From the NCBI GenBank assembly GCA_963664305.2, contig CAXXLV010000002.1, positions 1,344,001 through 1,408,000 on the forward strand: a stretch of DNA of 64,000 nt, read 5' to 3'. The translations under genes were made by a program, and so were the position numbers. This stretch comes from an uncultured Aliarcobacter sp. (lineage in GTDB: Bacteria > Campylobacterota > Campylobacteria > Campylobacterales > Arcobacteraceae). Of this stretch, positions 27,097-37,310 are shown piece by piece. Numbering within the stretch: the first letter of the stretch is position 1; the number at the start of each line of letters is the position of its first letter. The notes under the pieces were generated by a model that did not search any database, was not told the origin of the DNA, and was given only the letters and a program-made list of their open reading frames with translations.

Positions 27097-29535
27097 CTAT
27101 TTCATCTTTATTCTAAGTGAATTTAATACAACCATCAATGAACTTAAACTCATTGATAAAGCAGCCACCAGTGGAATAACAAAACCAGCCATTGCTAAAG
27201 GTATTGTAACCATGTTATAAATTATTGATAAAGATAGATTTTGTTTAATATATTTATATGTTTTATTTGAAATTATAAAAGCTTCTTGTAAAGATTTTAA
27301 TGTTGAATTTAATAAAACTATATCAGAAACAGCCAAAGAAATATCTGCAGAAGTTCCCATAGCAACTGCAACATCTGCATTTGTTAAAGCAACACTATCA
27401 TTTACTCCATCACCAACCATAATGACAATTTTATTCTCTTTTTTTAACTCTTTTATATAATTTGCTTTTGAAATTGGAGTTTGAGAAGAGAAATATTTTT
27501 TTATATTTAATTCATTTGCTATTTTTAAAGCTACTTGTTCATTGTCCCCTGTTAACATTACAACATCAATATTTTTATTTTGTAAATAAGTTATTAATTC
27601 TTGTGCATCATCTTTTATTTTATCTTCAAGTTCAAAAGTTGCAATTACTTTTTTATTTATTGCAAATAAATAAACTGTTTTTGATGAATCAAATTTATAG
27701 AAAATCCCAAATTGTCTTAATAATTCAACATTCCCTCCAATTAATTCAAACTCTTTCCCTTCAATATTTTTATAAGTGGCACTCATTCCTTTTGCTTCAA
27801 TATTTTTTACATTTTCAAGTTTTTTAATATCTAAGCTATATTTTGTTTCTAAATATTTTTTAATTGAAACACTTACAGGATGAGTTGAAGCATCTAATAA
27901 AGAGTAAAGAAGATACATTTTATGAATATTATCATCCATAATTCTAGCTTTAGTTACATTTAACTCACCCTTTGTTAAAGTTCCAGTTTTATCAAAAACA
28001 ATAGTTGTTGCAACAGCCATTGTTTCAATAAATTTCGCCTCTTTAAAAAGTAAACCTTTTTTTGCAAGTTCAGAAATTCCTATCAAACTTGCCATTGGTG
28101 TAGCAAGTGCCAATGCACAAGGACAAGCAATTACAACAACAGAAACTGCAACAATAAATGATTTTTCAAATTGTGTTGTTCCTTCATAATCAAAACCTAA
28201 ATCTATTCCTAAAAAATACCAAACTAAAAAAGTCGTTAAAGCAAGACTTAAAATAGTTACACTAAAACCTTTTGATATTTCTGCTGCTTTTGTTTGAATA
28301 GTTGGCTTAGAATTTAAAGAATCTTCTAATAATGAAACAATAGATGAAAAAGTTGAATTTTTAAAACTTTTTGTCACTTCAAATTGGATTAGTGAATCTA
28401 AATTTATAGTCCCACTATAAACAAAATCTTTTACTTTTTTATAAATAGGAATAGATTCACCAGTTAATGTTGACTCGTCAAATGAACCATTTCCCAAGAT
28501 TATTTTCCCATCAACTGGAACTTTTTCCCCAGGTTTTATCTCAACAATATCACCAATATTTATACTATTTAAAGCAATAACCTTTCTCTCGTTATCTTTT
28601 ACAACAACAGCTTCCAAAGGTAAACTTGATTTGATTTTGTCTAAAGTATCAATAGCTGATTTTTTACCTATTACTTCTAAATATTTTCCCACTAATACAA
28701 AGGTTATTATCATAGAAACTGAATCAAAATAACTCTCACCTTTTGCACCAAAAAGAATGAATAGTGAATAAATATATGTTGACGTAGCACCAAAAGCAAC
28801 TAAAAAATCCATATTTAACATACGATTTTTTAGACCAAAATATGCACCTTTGAAAAATATCCATCCACTATAAAATAAAACAGGTGTTGAAAGAATAAAT
28901 TCACCTATATGAATCATATCCTTTACTTCTTTTGAAATCCCCGTAAAAAATCCCGTATATTTTGCAACACTTAACATCATAATATTCATACTGCAAACAA
29001 CAGCAACCATCATCTTAACAAAATATTCTCTTTTTGCTTTTGAAGCTTGGGCATCAGCAACACTTGAATCATATGCATATGCATTGTAACCAATAGAACG
29101 GATTTTTAAAATAATTTCAGAAAGCTTTAGTTTTTCTTCATCCCAAACTATTCTTGCTTTATTAGTAGTAAAATTGATATTTGCTTCAACTATACCTTTT
29201 GTGTCATGAAGTATTTTTTCATTTAACCAAACACAAGCAGCACAATGAATTCCTTCGATAATTAAATCTATTTGAGAGAAACCATCTTTTGTTTTACTTA
29301 CATAATTATCCAAGAAGTTTTCTGAATCAAATTTTGTAATATCATCATTTTCTAATTTTACAGGTGGTGTTAGAGTTCTATTCCCTAATTTATCATAAAA
29401 AGAATCTAATCCATCACTTTTTAAAAGATGGTAAACCCCTTGACAACCTTTACAACAAAAATTTAAATTTTGCTCCTTAATCATTATATTATCTTCAAAC
29501 TCTAAATGACAGTGATTACACTTGACTTTCGACAA
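27097..29535 (-). CDS. ccoI: P1B-type Cu ATPase of the CcoI/FixI type
   Basis: Probable TTG start at 29535 with AGGAG RBS; N-terminal CNHC...CCKGC; HMA GIHCAAC; TGES, CPC, DKTGT, GDGVND; adjacent to ccoS. Confidence 0.88.
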   Translation of the reverse strand: MSKVKCNHCHLEFEDNIMIKEQNLNFCCKGCQGVYHLLKSDGLDSFYDKLGNRTLTPPVKLENDDITKFDSENFLDNYVSKTKDGFSQIDLIIEGIHCAACVWLNEKILHDTKGIVEANINFTTNKARIVWDEEKLKLSEIILKIRSIGYNAYAYDSSVADAQASKAKREYFVKMMVAVVCSMNIMMLSVAKYTGFFTGISKEVKDMIHIGEFILSTPVLFYSGWIFFKGAYFGLKNRMLNMDFLVAFGATSTYIYSLFILFGAKGESYFDSVSMIITFVLVGKYLEVIGKKSAIDTLDKIKSSLPLEAVVVKDNERKVIALNSINIGDIVEIKPGEKVPVDGKIILGNGSFDESTLTGESIPIYKKVKDFVYSGTINLDSLIQFEVTKSFKNSTFSSIVSLLEDSLNSKPTIQTKAAEISKGFSVTILSLALTTFLVWYFLGIDLGFDYEGTTQFEKSFIVAVSVVVIACPCALALATPMASLIGISELAKKGLLFKEAKFIETMAVATTIVFDKTGTLTKGELNVTKARIMDDNIHKMYLLYSLLDASTHPVSVSIKKYLETKYSLDIKKLENVKNIEAKGMSATYKNIEGKEFELIGGNVELLRQFGIFYKFDSSKTVYLFAINKKVIATFELEDKIKDDAQELITYLQNKNIDVVMLTGDNEQVALKIANELNIKKYFSSQTPISKANYIKELKKENKIVIMVGDGVNDSVALTNADVAVAMGTSADISLAVSDIVLLNSTLKSLQEAFIISNKTYKYIKQNLSLSIIYNMVTIPLAMAGFVIPLVAALSMSLSSLMVVLNSLRIKMK

Positions 29536-29643
29536 AAAAACTCCTAGCAGACCCAAATAGATTAATTCTTACTTTTTTTATTACTTAGATATTATGTTTA
29601 TTTATGTTATTATATCTTAATAATTTTGGAGAGAGTCTTAATA

Positions 29644-31266
29644 ATGATAAATAATATTTCAATACTGAAAAATATAACTATTTTATATGCTGAAGATGAA
29701 AAAGACTTAAGAGAAGTTACACATCAAATATTAAAAGGCTTTACCAAAAAGCAATATGTTGCACAAAATGGACAAGAAGGTTTAGAACTTTTTAAGAAAT
29801 ATGAAAATGAAATTGATTTAATCATTACTGATGTTAATATGCCTATTTTAAATGGTTTAGACATGGTAAAAGAGATAAAAAAAATTAATATGAATATTCC
29901 AATTATTGTAGCAACTGCATTTTCAAATAAAGAGTATTTACTAGAAGCAATTGACATTGGTGTTGATAAATATGTATTAAAACCTATTGATATTGCAAAA
30001 CTTTTACAAGTTATGTCACAATCTCTTGTTTATCATGAATTAAAAGATTTATACACAGATAAACTTACAAACCTACCAAATAGAAACAAACTAAAAAAAG
30101 ATTTAGATGAAAACAATATCGACTTAATGGCTCTATTAGATATCGATGAATTTTCAACTGTAAATGACCTTTTTGGTGAAAAGATTGGTGATACAATTTT
30201 ATATGAATTAGCAAATAAATTAAAGAACTATTTTAGTGATGAAGAATATTTTGTATATAGAATTGAAGCTGATAAATTTGCCATTGTTGCTAAGCAAAAT
30301 AACAAAGATATCAATGAATTTTATGATATTTGTAAAACATTTGCAGATAAAATTGAAAAAGAATCATTACTTATTGATGAAGATGAAATTGATATAAATA
30401 TTACTATTGGAATAGCTCAAGGTGACGGAGCAAGAGCATATAAATATTCTCAAAGAGTTATAAACTATGCAAGAACAAAACTTCAAAGAATTATGATTTA
30501 TAATGAGTCATTTAAAATTCAACAATCTTTTGAAGAAAACATAAAATGGGTAAAACAATTAAAAGTTGGTTTTAGAGAAAACTTATTTCAAGCCTATTTT
30601 CAACCAATTGTTGATACTCAAACAAAAGAAGTTCATAAATATGAAGCACTAATAAGATATGTTACAAAAGAAGGTGTTGAAATAGCTCCATATAACTTTA
30701 TAAATGTTGCTAAAAAGACTAAACTTTATCCAAATATCATAAAAATTGTAATCCAAGACTCTTTTAAATTAATAAAAAATAAAAATAAAAGAGTATCTGT
30801 AAATATCTCTTTTGATGATATAGCAAATAGTGAAACAACATCATTTATTTATGAGATATTAGAACAAAATAGAGAATATACTCAATTTTTAGAATTTGAG
30901 ATTTTAGAATCAGAAGAAATTTCAGATTTCAATGAAGTTTCTAAATTCATTTCTGAAATTAAAAAATTTGATTGTATAGTTGGAGTTGACGATTTTGGTG
31001 CAGGATACTCTAACTTCAATCTTCTAACTCTTCTTGATATTGACTTTGTTAAGATTGATGGTTCTTTAATTGAAAGAATTAATACATCAAAAGATTTAGA
31101 AATTATTGTAAATACAATTGCAAATTTCTCAAAAGAATTTAAAGTTAAAACTGTAGCTGAATATGTGTCAAATGAGGATATTTACAATAAAATTAAAGAG
31201 TTAAATATTGATTATTGCCAAGGTTATTACTTCGAAAAACCTATAAGCTACGACAGTATAAAATAG
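29644..31266 (+). CDS. REC - degenerate GGDEF - EAL protein (probable c-di-GMP phosphodiesterase)
   Basis: Start reassigned to ATG at 29644; REC (AEDE, ITDVNMP, LKP); GGDEF site reads EADKF; intact YEALIR and DDFGAGYS. Confidence 0.88.
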   Translation: MINNISILKNITILYAEDEKDLREVTHQILKGFTKKQYVAQNGQEGLELFKKYENEIDLIITDVNMPILNGLDMVKEIKKINMNIPIIVATAFSNKEYLLEAIDIGVDKYVLKPIDIAKLLQVMSQSLVYHELKDLYTDKLTNLPNRNKLKKDLDENNIDLMALLDIDEFSTVNDLFGEKIGDTILYELANKLKNYFSDEEYFVYRIEADKFAIVAKQNNKDINEFYDICKTFADKIEKESLLIDEDEIDINITIGIAQGDGARAYKYSQRVINYARTKLQRIMIYNESFKIQQSFEENIKWVKQLKVGFRENLFQAYFQPIVDTQTKEVHKYEALIRYVTKEGVEIAPYNFINVAKKTKLYPNIIKIVIQDSFKLIKNKNKRVSVNISFDDIANSETTSFIYEILEQNREYTQFLEFEILESEEISDFNEVSKFISEIKKFDCIVGVDDFGAGYSNFNLLTLLDIDFVKIDGSLIERINTSKDLEIIVNTIANFSKEFKVKTVAEYVSNEDIYNKIKELNIDYCQGYYFEKPISYDSIK

Positions 31267-31274
31267 GTTAAGTG

Positions 31275-31898
31275 TTAATTACTTAACCAATTTGATACAA
31301 TCTTTTCTTTTTCAAAAAGTTTTGTTTTTATTCTTGTAATATTTGCGATACAAACCAACTCTTTTGCTGCTGTTTGTAAATCATCATTAATAATTAAATA
31401 GTCATAATCTTGAAAGAATTCAACTTCAGCCTTAGCATTTTTAATTCTTTTTTCAATTATCTCAATACTATCTGTATTTCGACTATTTAATCTCTCTTCT
31501 AAAACCTTTAAAGATGGTGTAGTGATAAATACTGATGTAACTAAAGCATTTATCTTATTTCTTACTATTTCATGTCCTTGAACATCTATATCAAAAATCA
31601 CTAATTTGCCCTCTTCTAAAGCCTTATTTATAGGTTTTAGAGATGTACCATAATAATTATCATGTACTTTTGCATATTCTAAAAAGTCATCATTTTTTAT
31701 ATCTTCTTCAAACTCTTCTTTTGATACAAAAAAGTAATCAACACCATTTACTTCTCCAACTCTTGGAGCTCTTGTTGTTGTTGAAATAGAAAAATAGTAA
31801 TTGTCAATATCTTTATATACTTCTTTTAGTAAAGTAGATTTTCCACAACCACTTGGTCCTGAGATGATTAAGATTGCACCTTTTTTCTCATTTATCAT
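31275..31898 (-). CDS. gmk: Guanylate kinase
   Basis: SGPSGCGKST, STTTRAPRVGEVNGVDYFF, YYGT and DIDVQG motifs. Confidence 0.97.
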   Translation of the reverse strand: MINEKKGAILIISGPSGCGKSTLLKEVYKDIDNYYFSISTTTRAPRVGEVNGVDYFFVSKEEFEEDIKNDDFLEYAKVHDNYYGTSLKPINKALEEGKLVIFDIDVQGHEIVRNKINALVTSVFITTPSLKVLEERLNSRNTDSIEIIEKRIKNAKAEVEFFQDYDYLIINDDLQTAAKELVCIANITRIKTKLFEKEKIVSNWLSN

Positions 31899-32711
31899 CT
31901 ATTTATCCTTTAATGTAATTGTAATATCAACTGTTTCACCACTTGATAGTTTATCAATTACACTTTGGTCAAACTTCTCTAATAATGGTCTTAATTCATT
32001 AATATTAAAATTACTCAATACAAGATTATAAGGTTTAACTGGTTCTTTTGTTAAATCAAATTCATACTCTTTTACTTCAGCTAATGCATCATCTATTATA
32101 GAGTTAATATCTTTCCAATCATTTTTTTCAAGATTTATCTCATTTTGAATTGTATCTTCTCTTAAAATATCATTTATTTTACTTAATTCACTAGAATCTA
32201 AAACTCCACCTATATTTAATGAAGCAAGACTTACTATACTTTCATCATTATCTAATCCAAATTCATCATCTTCTTCTACAAAACTATTTTTATCTTCTAT
32301 CATATCACTTACATAATCAACAACAGGAATTACAACTTCATCATCATCTTCATCATATGAAGTAAATGTTGTTACTTTTCTATTATGCTCATACTCCTCT
32401 TCTTCTTTTATAAATTCTATTTGCTCAAGTAGCATTGCTTCAAGTTTTGTTGGTAAAAATGGTCTTGGAATAATAAAATCTCTAGATTTATCAAAAGGTA
32501 ATTCTTCTGAGCTAATTGCACCTAATTTTTTTGAAAGTTGTTTAAACGAATTAAATTTATCATCAATAAAATTTTGATCGACAACAATTAAATCATATTT
32601 TCCATTTACACTGTTTGTTTTTTGAATTATTAAATCTATATTTAATCTTTTACAAACTAAAGTAAAAATATGTTCAATAATTGCTGTTTCACAAATTAAT
32701 AATAATTTCAC
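31899..32711 (-). CDS. ChePep-like acidic protein (N-terminal receiver-like domain, acidic linker)
   Basis: Receiver-like N-terminus (LLLICE...YDLIVVD...PRPFLP), D/E-rich middle, C-terminal 'ITITLKDK'; directly upstream of gmk as ChePep is in Helicobacter/Campylobacter. Confidence 0.55.
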   Translation of the reverse strand: MKLLLICETAIIEHIFTLVCKRLNIDLIIQKTNSVNGKYDLIVVDQNFIDDKFNSFKQLSKKLGAISSEELPFDKSRDFIIPRPFLPTKLEAMLLEQIEFIKEEEEYEHNRKVTTFTSYDEDDDEVVIPVVDYVSDMIEDKNSFVEEDDEFGLDNDESIVSLASLNIGGVLDSSELSKINDILREDTIQNEINLEKNDWKDINSIIDDALAEVKEYEFDLTKEPVKPYNLVLSNFNINELRPLLEKFDQSVIDKLSSGETVDITITLKDK

Positions 32712-33391
32712 TTTATCTCCTGTAATCTTAGCTCTTCTAACTTATATACCTTATCACATTTCATTGCAAGTTCATTTTCATGCGTAACTAAAATCAAACC
32801 TGCATTATTGTTTTTAATATAATTAAATAGAGTATTCATTACCACATTTGCAGTATCTTTATCTAAATTTCCAGTAGGTTCATCTGCAAAGATTATTCTT
32901 GGTTTTTTTGTCATTACTCTAGCAATGGATAATCTTTGTTGTTGTCCACCACTTAATTCTCCAACACCTTGATTTATAACGTGTTCGATATTTAACTCTT
33001 TTAATAAATCATGATCAATTTCTTCACCACTTAATAAAGTAGCTATTTCTAAATTTTCAATAGCAGAAAATCCACGAAATAGATAATGTGCTTGAAAAAT
33101 TATACCAAAATCATCTCTTCTAATTTTTAAAAGTTCATTTTGTTTGATTGAATACATATCTTTACTTTTAAAAACAACATTACCTTCTGATGGTTTTAAA
33201 AGTGAAGACAAGATATTAAGAAGCGTAGATTTTCCACTTCCACTTGTACCTATAATTGCAATTGATTCTTTTTTATAAAGTGATAGATTTATATCTTTGA
33301 AAAGTTCATAATCAAATTTATGAGATAAGTTGTTTGCTTGAAGTAAAAGGTCATCTGCAATGAGTGCATCCATATTATTAGTTTCACTCAT
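32708..33391 (-). CDS. ABC transporter ATP-binding protein (LolD/MacB-like)
   Basis: GTSGSGKST, IFQAHYL, LSGGQQQR, FADEPTGNLD and VTHE motifs. Confidence 0.88.
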   Translation of the reverse strand: MSETNNMDALIADDLLLQANNLSHKFDYELFKDINLSLYKKESIAIIGTSGSGKSTLLNILSSLLKPSEGNVVFKSKDMYSIKQNELLKIRRDDFGIIFQAHYLFRGFSAIENLEIATLLSGEEIDHDLLKELNIEHVINQGVGELSGGQQQRLSIARVMTKKPRIIFADEPTGNLDKDTANVVMNTLFNYIKNNNAGLILVTHENELAMKCDKVYKLEELRLQEIK

Positions 33392-33439
33392 TACATACTT
33401 CCTTTTATTTTTTTACATTGTAGTTTTGTTAACTACGAA

Positions 33440-34486
33440 TTATTTACCCATTTGTTTTGCAACTTCTGCTGCAAAATCTTCTTCTTTTTTCTCAATACCT
33501 TCACCAAGTTCGAATCTTACGTACTCAGTAATTTTAATTGATGCATCAACTTCAGCAATTGCTTGCTCAACAGTTTTTTTGTCATCCATTACATAAGCTT
33601 GAGATAATAAAGCAAATCTTCCATCTAATTGAGTATTATCAGTGATATATCTTTCAATTTGTCCAGGAATGATATTTGCCCAAATTTTTTCTGGTTTACC
33701 AGCTGCTTTTAATTCTTCTTCGAATCTTGCTTTTGCAGCAGCAATAGCTTCTTCAGTTAATTGAGATTTAGAAACAAACTCAGGAATTTTCTTTAATGGT
33801 TTTCCTAATCTTTTTAACTCATCATTTTCAGCAATAATTTCAGCAACGATTGCTTTATTTTCAGATTCAACAAATGCTGGATCTAAATCTTTGTATGAAA
33901 TAACTGTTGGTTTCATAGCAGATGCATGCATTGCAATGTTTCTTAATAAAGCAGCTGCTTTATCTTTTACAGCTTCATCACAAGTAGCAGCTAAAACAAC
34001 TCCAACTCTTCCTGTAGCATGAACATAAGCATTAACAACTTGAGCAGAAACATTTGCAAGTTTTCTAGCAACTAAGTTTTCACCGATAGTTGCAATTTTT
34101 TCATTTAAGAAAGTTGGGAAATCTTGTCCATTGATTGAAGATGCAGCTAAAGCTTCAGCATTTTCAATTCCATTATTTAACGCATGAGAAGTAATCTCTT
34201 TTGTTAAATTAACAAAATTTTCATTTTTTGCAACGAAATCTGTTTGAGAGTTTAATTCTAACATAACAGCTTTTGTATTATCAGCATTAACTAAAACAGA
34301 AATTAAACCTTCAGCAGCAACGTTTCCAGCTTTTTTAGCAGCTTTTCCTAAACCAGCTTCTCTTAAAGCTTGAACAGCTTTTTCTAAGTCACCACCAGTT
34401 TCGTTTAGTGCATTTTTACAATCAAGCATTCCTGCACCAGTCATCTCTCTTAATTCTTTAATTAATTGTGGAGTTGCTCCTGCCAT
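33440..34486 (-). CDS. tsf: Translation elongation factor Ts
   Basis: KELREMTGAGMLDCKNAL, AAEG, SQTDFVAKN and RFELGEGIEKK motifs. Confidence 0.98.
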   Translation of the reverse strand: MAGATPQLIKELREMTGAGMLDCKNALNETGGDLEKAVQALREAGLGKAAKKAGNVAAEGLISVLVNADNTKAVMLELNSQTDFVAKNENFVNLTKEITSHALNNGIENAEALAASSINGQDFPTFLNEKIATIGENLVARKLANVSAQVVNAYVHATGRVGVVLAATCDEAVKDKAAALLRNIAMHASAMKPTVISYKDLDPAFVESENKAIVAEIIAENDELKRLGKPLKKIPEFVSKSQLTEEAIAAAKARFEEELKAAGKPEKIWANIIPGQIERYITDNTQLDGRFALLSQAYVMDDKKTVEQAIAEVDASIKITEYVRFELGEGIEKKEEDFAAEVAKQMGK

Positions 34487-35283
34487 TACGCTTCCTCACC
34501 TTCTGCAAATTTGAATTCACTTTCACCTTCTGCAACTGCTTCAGCGATTAATTCTTCAGTTTCTTCAACAGAAATTGGCTCTAAATCAGCACCAGTTTCA
34601 TCAGCTAATGCAGCTTTACCTTCATTCATAGCTGCAGCCATTTCGTTGCAGAATAAGTGAATTGATCTGATAGCATCATCATTTCCTGGAATTGGTAAAT
34701 CTACAACATCAGGGTCACAGTTTGTATCTAAAGGAGCAACAACAGTGATTCCTAATCTTCTAGCTTCTTGAATAGCAATTTTTTCTTTAACAGCATCAAG
34801 AACAAACATCATGTCTGGAAGTTTGTGCATTTCTTTGATACCACCAAGGTATAATTCTAATTTTTCTTCTTTTCTAGTAAGCATTAAAGCTTCTTTTTTA
34901 GTTAAAAGATCTAATTGACCTTCTTCTCTCATTTTTTTAATAATTTCTAATTTTCTAATTGATTTTTTAATTGTTCCGAAGTTAGTTAACATTCCACCTA
35001 ACCATCTGTGGTTAACATATGGCATACCACAAGAAATTGCAGCTTTTTTGATAGTTTCGCTAGCTTGTTTTTTAGTTCCTACGAAAATCATAGTTTCACC
35101 TTGAGCAGCTCTGTCTCTAACAACGTTATATGTATATCTGAAGTATCTTAACGTTTTTTGTAAATCTATAATATAGATATTTTTTCTAACACCGAAAATG
35201 AATTTTTTCATTTTTGGATTCCATCTTCTTGTTTGGTGTCCGAAGTGTACACCACACTCTAATAGGTCTTTCATTGTAACCAT
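34486..35283 (-). CDS. rpsB: 30S ribosomal protein S2
   Basis: [32 protein letters not shown] and [10 protein letters not shown] motifs. Confidence 0.99.
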   Translation of the reverse strand: MVTMKDLLECGVHFGHQTRRWNPKMKKFIFGVRKNIYIIDLQKTLRYFRYTYNVVRDRAAQGETMIFVGTKKQASETIKKAAISCGMPYVNHRWLGGMLTNFGTIKKSIRKLEIIKKMREEGQLDLLTKKEALMLTRKEEKLELYLGGIKEMHKLPDMMFVLDAVKEKIAIQEARRLGITVVAPLDTNCDPDVVDLPIPGNDDAIRSIHLFCNEMAAAMNEGKAALADETGADLEPISVEETEELIAEAVAEGESEFKFAEGEEA

Positions 35284-35321
35284 GAGTAATTCTCCTTGAA
35301 TTAATTGTATTTTTTGTAATA

Positions 35322-35395
35322 GGGTTTAGCCTCTGTGTCCCTTAATGTCAAGATTTCTCTTGTCACAACCCGTACAAGGATTGACACATGTGAGG
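35322..35395 (-). ncRNA. rpsB (S2) autoregulatory leader, t44-like
   Basis: Minus strand CTCACATGTGTC...CGGGTT...GGGGACACAGAGGCTAAACCC: TGTGTC/GACACA stem, GGGTT/AACCC pairing and GAGGC..AACCC signature; -10 TAAAAT at 35420-35425. Confidence 0.7.
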
Positions 35396-35519
35396 TTCTA
35401 ATTTAAAATTAGAACGGTGATTTTATCCAAATTAAATTTAATTTAACTTTAATCTTAATTTAACAATATTTTTAATTTGTTATTGGATAAAATTCTTTCA
35501 CGAATTAAAAGGATAAATT

Positions 35520-36473
35520 TTGAATTTAGAAGAAAAATTAGTCGAATTAAAACAAGAAATAGCAAAAGGTGTTGTTGGTCAAGAAGAGATGGTAAACTCT
35601 ATTTTGATTGGACTTTTGACAAATGGACATATTTTATTAGAAGGCGTTCCAGGACTTGCAAAAACTACAACAGTAAAAGCAGTTGCACAAGCAATAAATC
35701 TTAATTTTAAACGAATACAATTTACTCCTGATTTATTACCTAGTGATATTATTGGTGCACAAATTTTTGATATGAAAACAAATGAATTCAAAATAAAAAA
35801 AGGACCAATATTTACAAATCTACTTTTAGCAGATGAGATAAATAGAGCTCCAGCAAAAGTTCAATCTGCACTTCTTGAAGTTATGCAAGAAAGACAAGTA
35901 ACAATTGCTGATGATACATTTAAAATAGAAAATCCTTTTTTAGTAATGGCAACTCAAAATCCAATAGAACAAGAGGGAGCTTATAGTCTGCCTGAAGCTC
36001 AACTTGATAGATTTATGTTTAAAATTGTTGTTTCATATAATACAAAAGAACAAGAGTATGAAATAGCAAAAAAAGCTACTATGAACTCTTTTGAAGAAAT
36101 AAACAAAGTTTTAAATAAAGAAGACTTAGAAGAGTTAAAACAAGCAGTTAAAAATATTCATATTGATAAAGAGTTGGAAGAATATATTGTAAATATTATT
36201 GATGCAAGTAGAAATCCAAAAGATTATGCCTTAGAAGAGTTAATAGATATTATTCATTTTGGAGCAAGTCCAAGGGCAACTATTGATATGTTTAAAGCTG
36301 TGAAAGCTAGTGCATTTTTAAGAGGAAATGATTTTGTTTCTCCAATAGATATTGCACTTGTTGCAAAAAATGTTTTAAGACATAGAATAATTCTTACTTA
36401 TGAAGCAATGGCTAAAGAGATAAATGTAGATGATGTTATTCAAAAAATTTTAGAGAAAATTGTTATTCCATAA
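35520..36473 (+). CDS. MoxR-family AAA+ ATPase
   Basis: GHILLEGVPGLAKT, RIQFTPDLLPSD, ADEINRAPAKVQSALLE, ATQNPIEQEG..LPEAQLDRF and GASPR motifs. Confidence 0.95.
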   Translation: MNLEEKLVELKQEIAKGVVGQEEMVNSILIGLLTNGHILLEGVPGLAKTTTVKAVAQAINLNFKRIQFTPDLLPSDIIGAQIFDMKTNEFKIKKGPIFTNLLLADEINRAPAKVQSALLEVMQERQVTIADDTFKIENPFLVMATQNPIEQEGAYSLPEAQLDRFMFKIVVSYNTKEQEYEIAKKATMNSFEEINKVLNKEDLEELKQAVKNIHIDKELEEYIVNIIDASRNPKDYALEELIDIIHFGASPRATIDMFKAVKASAFLRGNDFVSPIDIALVAKNVLRHRIILTYEAMAKEINVDDVIQKILEKIVIP

Positions 36474-36476
36474 AAT

Positions 36477-37310
36477 ATGAATCAAGCTTTAAAAAAAATA
36501 CTCATAAAAACACAAAAACAAGTATTCTCAGAAATTATAGGAAACCATAGTACAAAACTAAAAGGTGAAGGTTATGATTTTTGTGAATTAAAAGAGTATG
36601 AGTATGGAGAAGATGTAAAAAACATTGATTGGGTTATAAGTGCAAAAATGCAAAAACCTTATGTGAAAGTTTTTTATGCCCAAAAAGAGTTAAATGTAAA
36701 TATTGTTTGTTTATTAAATGGTTCAACATATTTCGGAACAGATGTTTTTAAACAAGAGATTATTATACAACTTGCTTCTTCTTTAGGATTTATTTGTATA
36801 AAACAAGGAAATCCTTTCTCATCTTTTATTGCAAATGAAAATCTTGAAGTTTGTACAAAAAAATCAAAACAGATTTTTAATGTAAATTTTATGGCGGAAC
36901 AACTATATAACTACAATGTTCTTGGTAAAAATATAGATTATGAAAAAATCACAAAAGAACTCTTTAAAGCTATTCATCAAAAATCACTTATTTTTTTAAT
37001 TGGTGATTTTTTTGATATTGAAAATTTAGATTTAAAGCTACTTTGTCAAAAACATGAAATTGTTGTTTTAATAGTTAGGGATAAATTTGAAGAAAATCCA
37101 ATCGAACTTGGAAATGTAAGTTTTATTGACCCAAACAATAATAAAATGTTTGAATCAATTTTAAATAAATCTACTATTTTAGAGTATGAAAAAAGAGTTT
37201 TAGAAAATGACCATAAACTTTTCAATCATTTGCAAAATTGTAGTATCAGATTTACGAAAATCTATACTAATGAAGACCCAATAAAAAAACTGATTGGAGT
37301 TTTAAAATGA
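36477..37310 (+). CDS. DUF58 domain protein
   Basis: 'KGEGYDFCELKEYEYGEDVKNIDWVISAK' and 'FLIGDF' motifs; follows moxR. Confidence 0.88.
   Translation: MNQALKKILIKTQKQVFSEIIGNHSTKLKGEGYDFCELKEYEYGEDVKNIDWVISAKMQKPYVKVFYAQKELNVNIVCLLNGSTYFGTDVFKQEIIIQLASSLGFICIKQGNPFSSFIANENLEVCTKKSKQIFNVNFMAEQLYNYNVLGKNIDYEKITKELFKAIHQKSLIFLIGDFFDIENLDLKLLCQKHEIVVLIVRDKFEENPIELGNVSFIDPNNNKMFESILNKSTILEYEKRVLENDHKLFNHLQNCSIRFTKIYTNEDPIKKLIGVLK

Noticed and set aside
33440..34486. Long EF-Ts (348 aa) with an internal insertion
   Set aside because: Known lineage trait of Campylobacterota EF-Ts; not novel
35477..35704. 75-aa + strand ORF overlapping the moxR start
   Set aside because: Out-of-frame overlap with moxR, whose TTG start has a good AAGGA RBS
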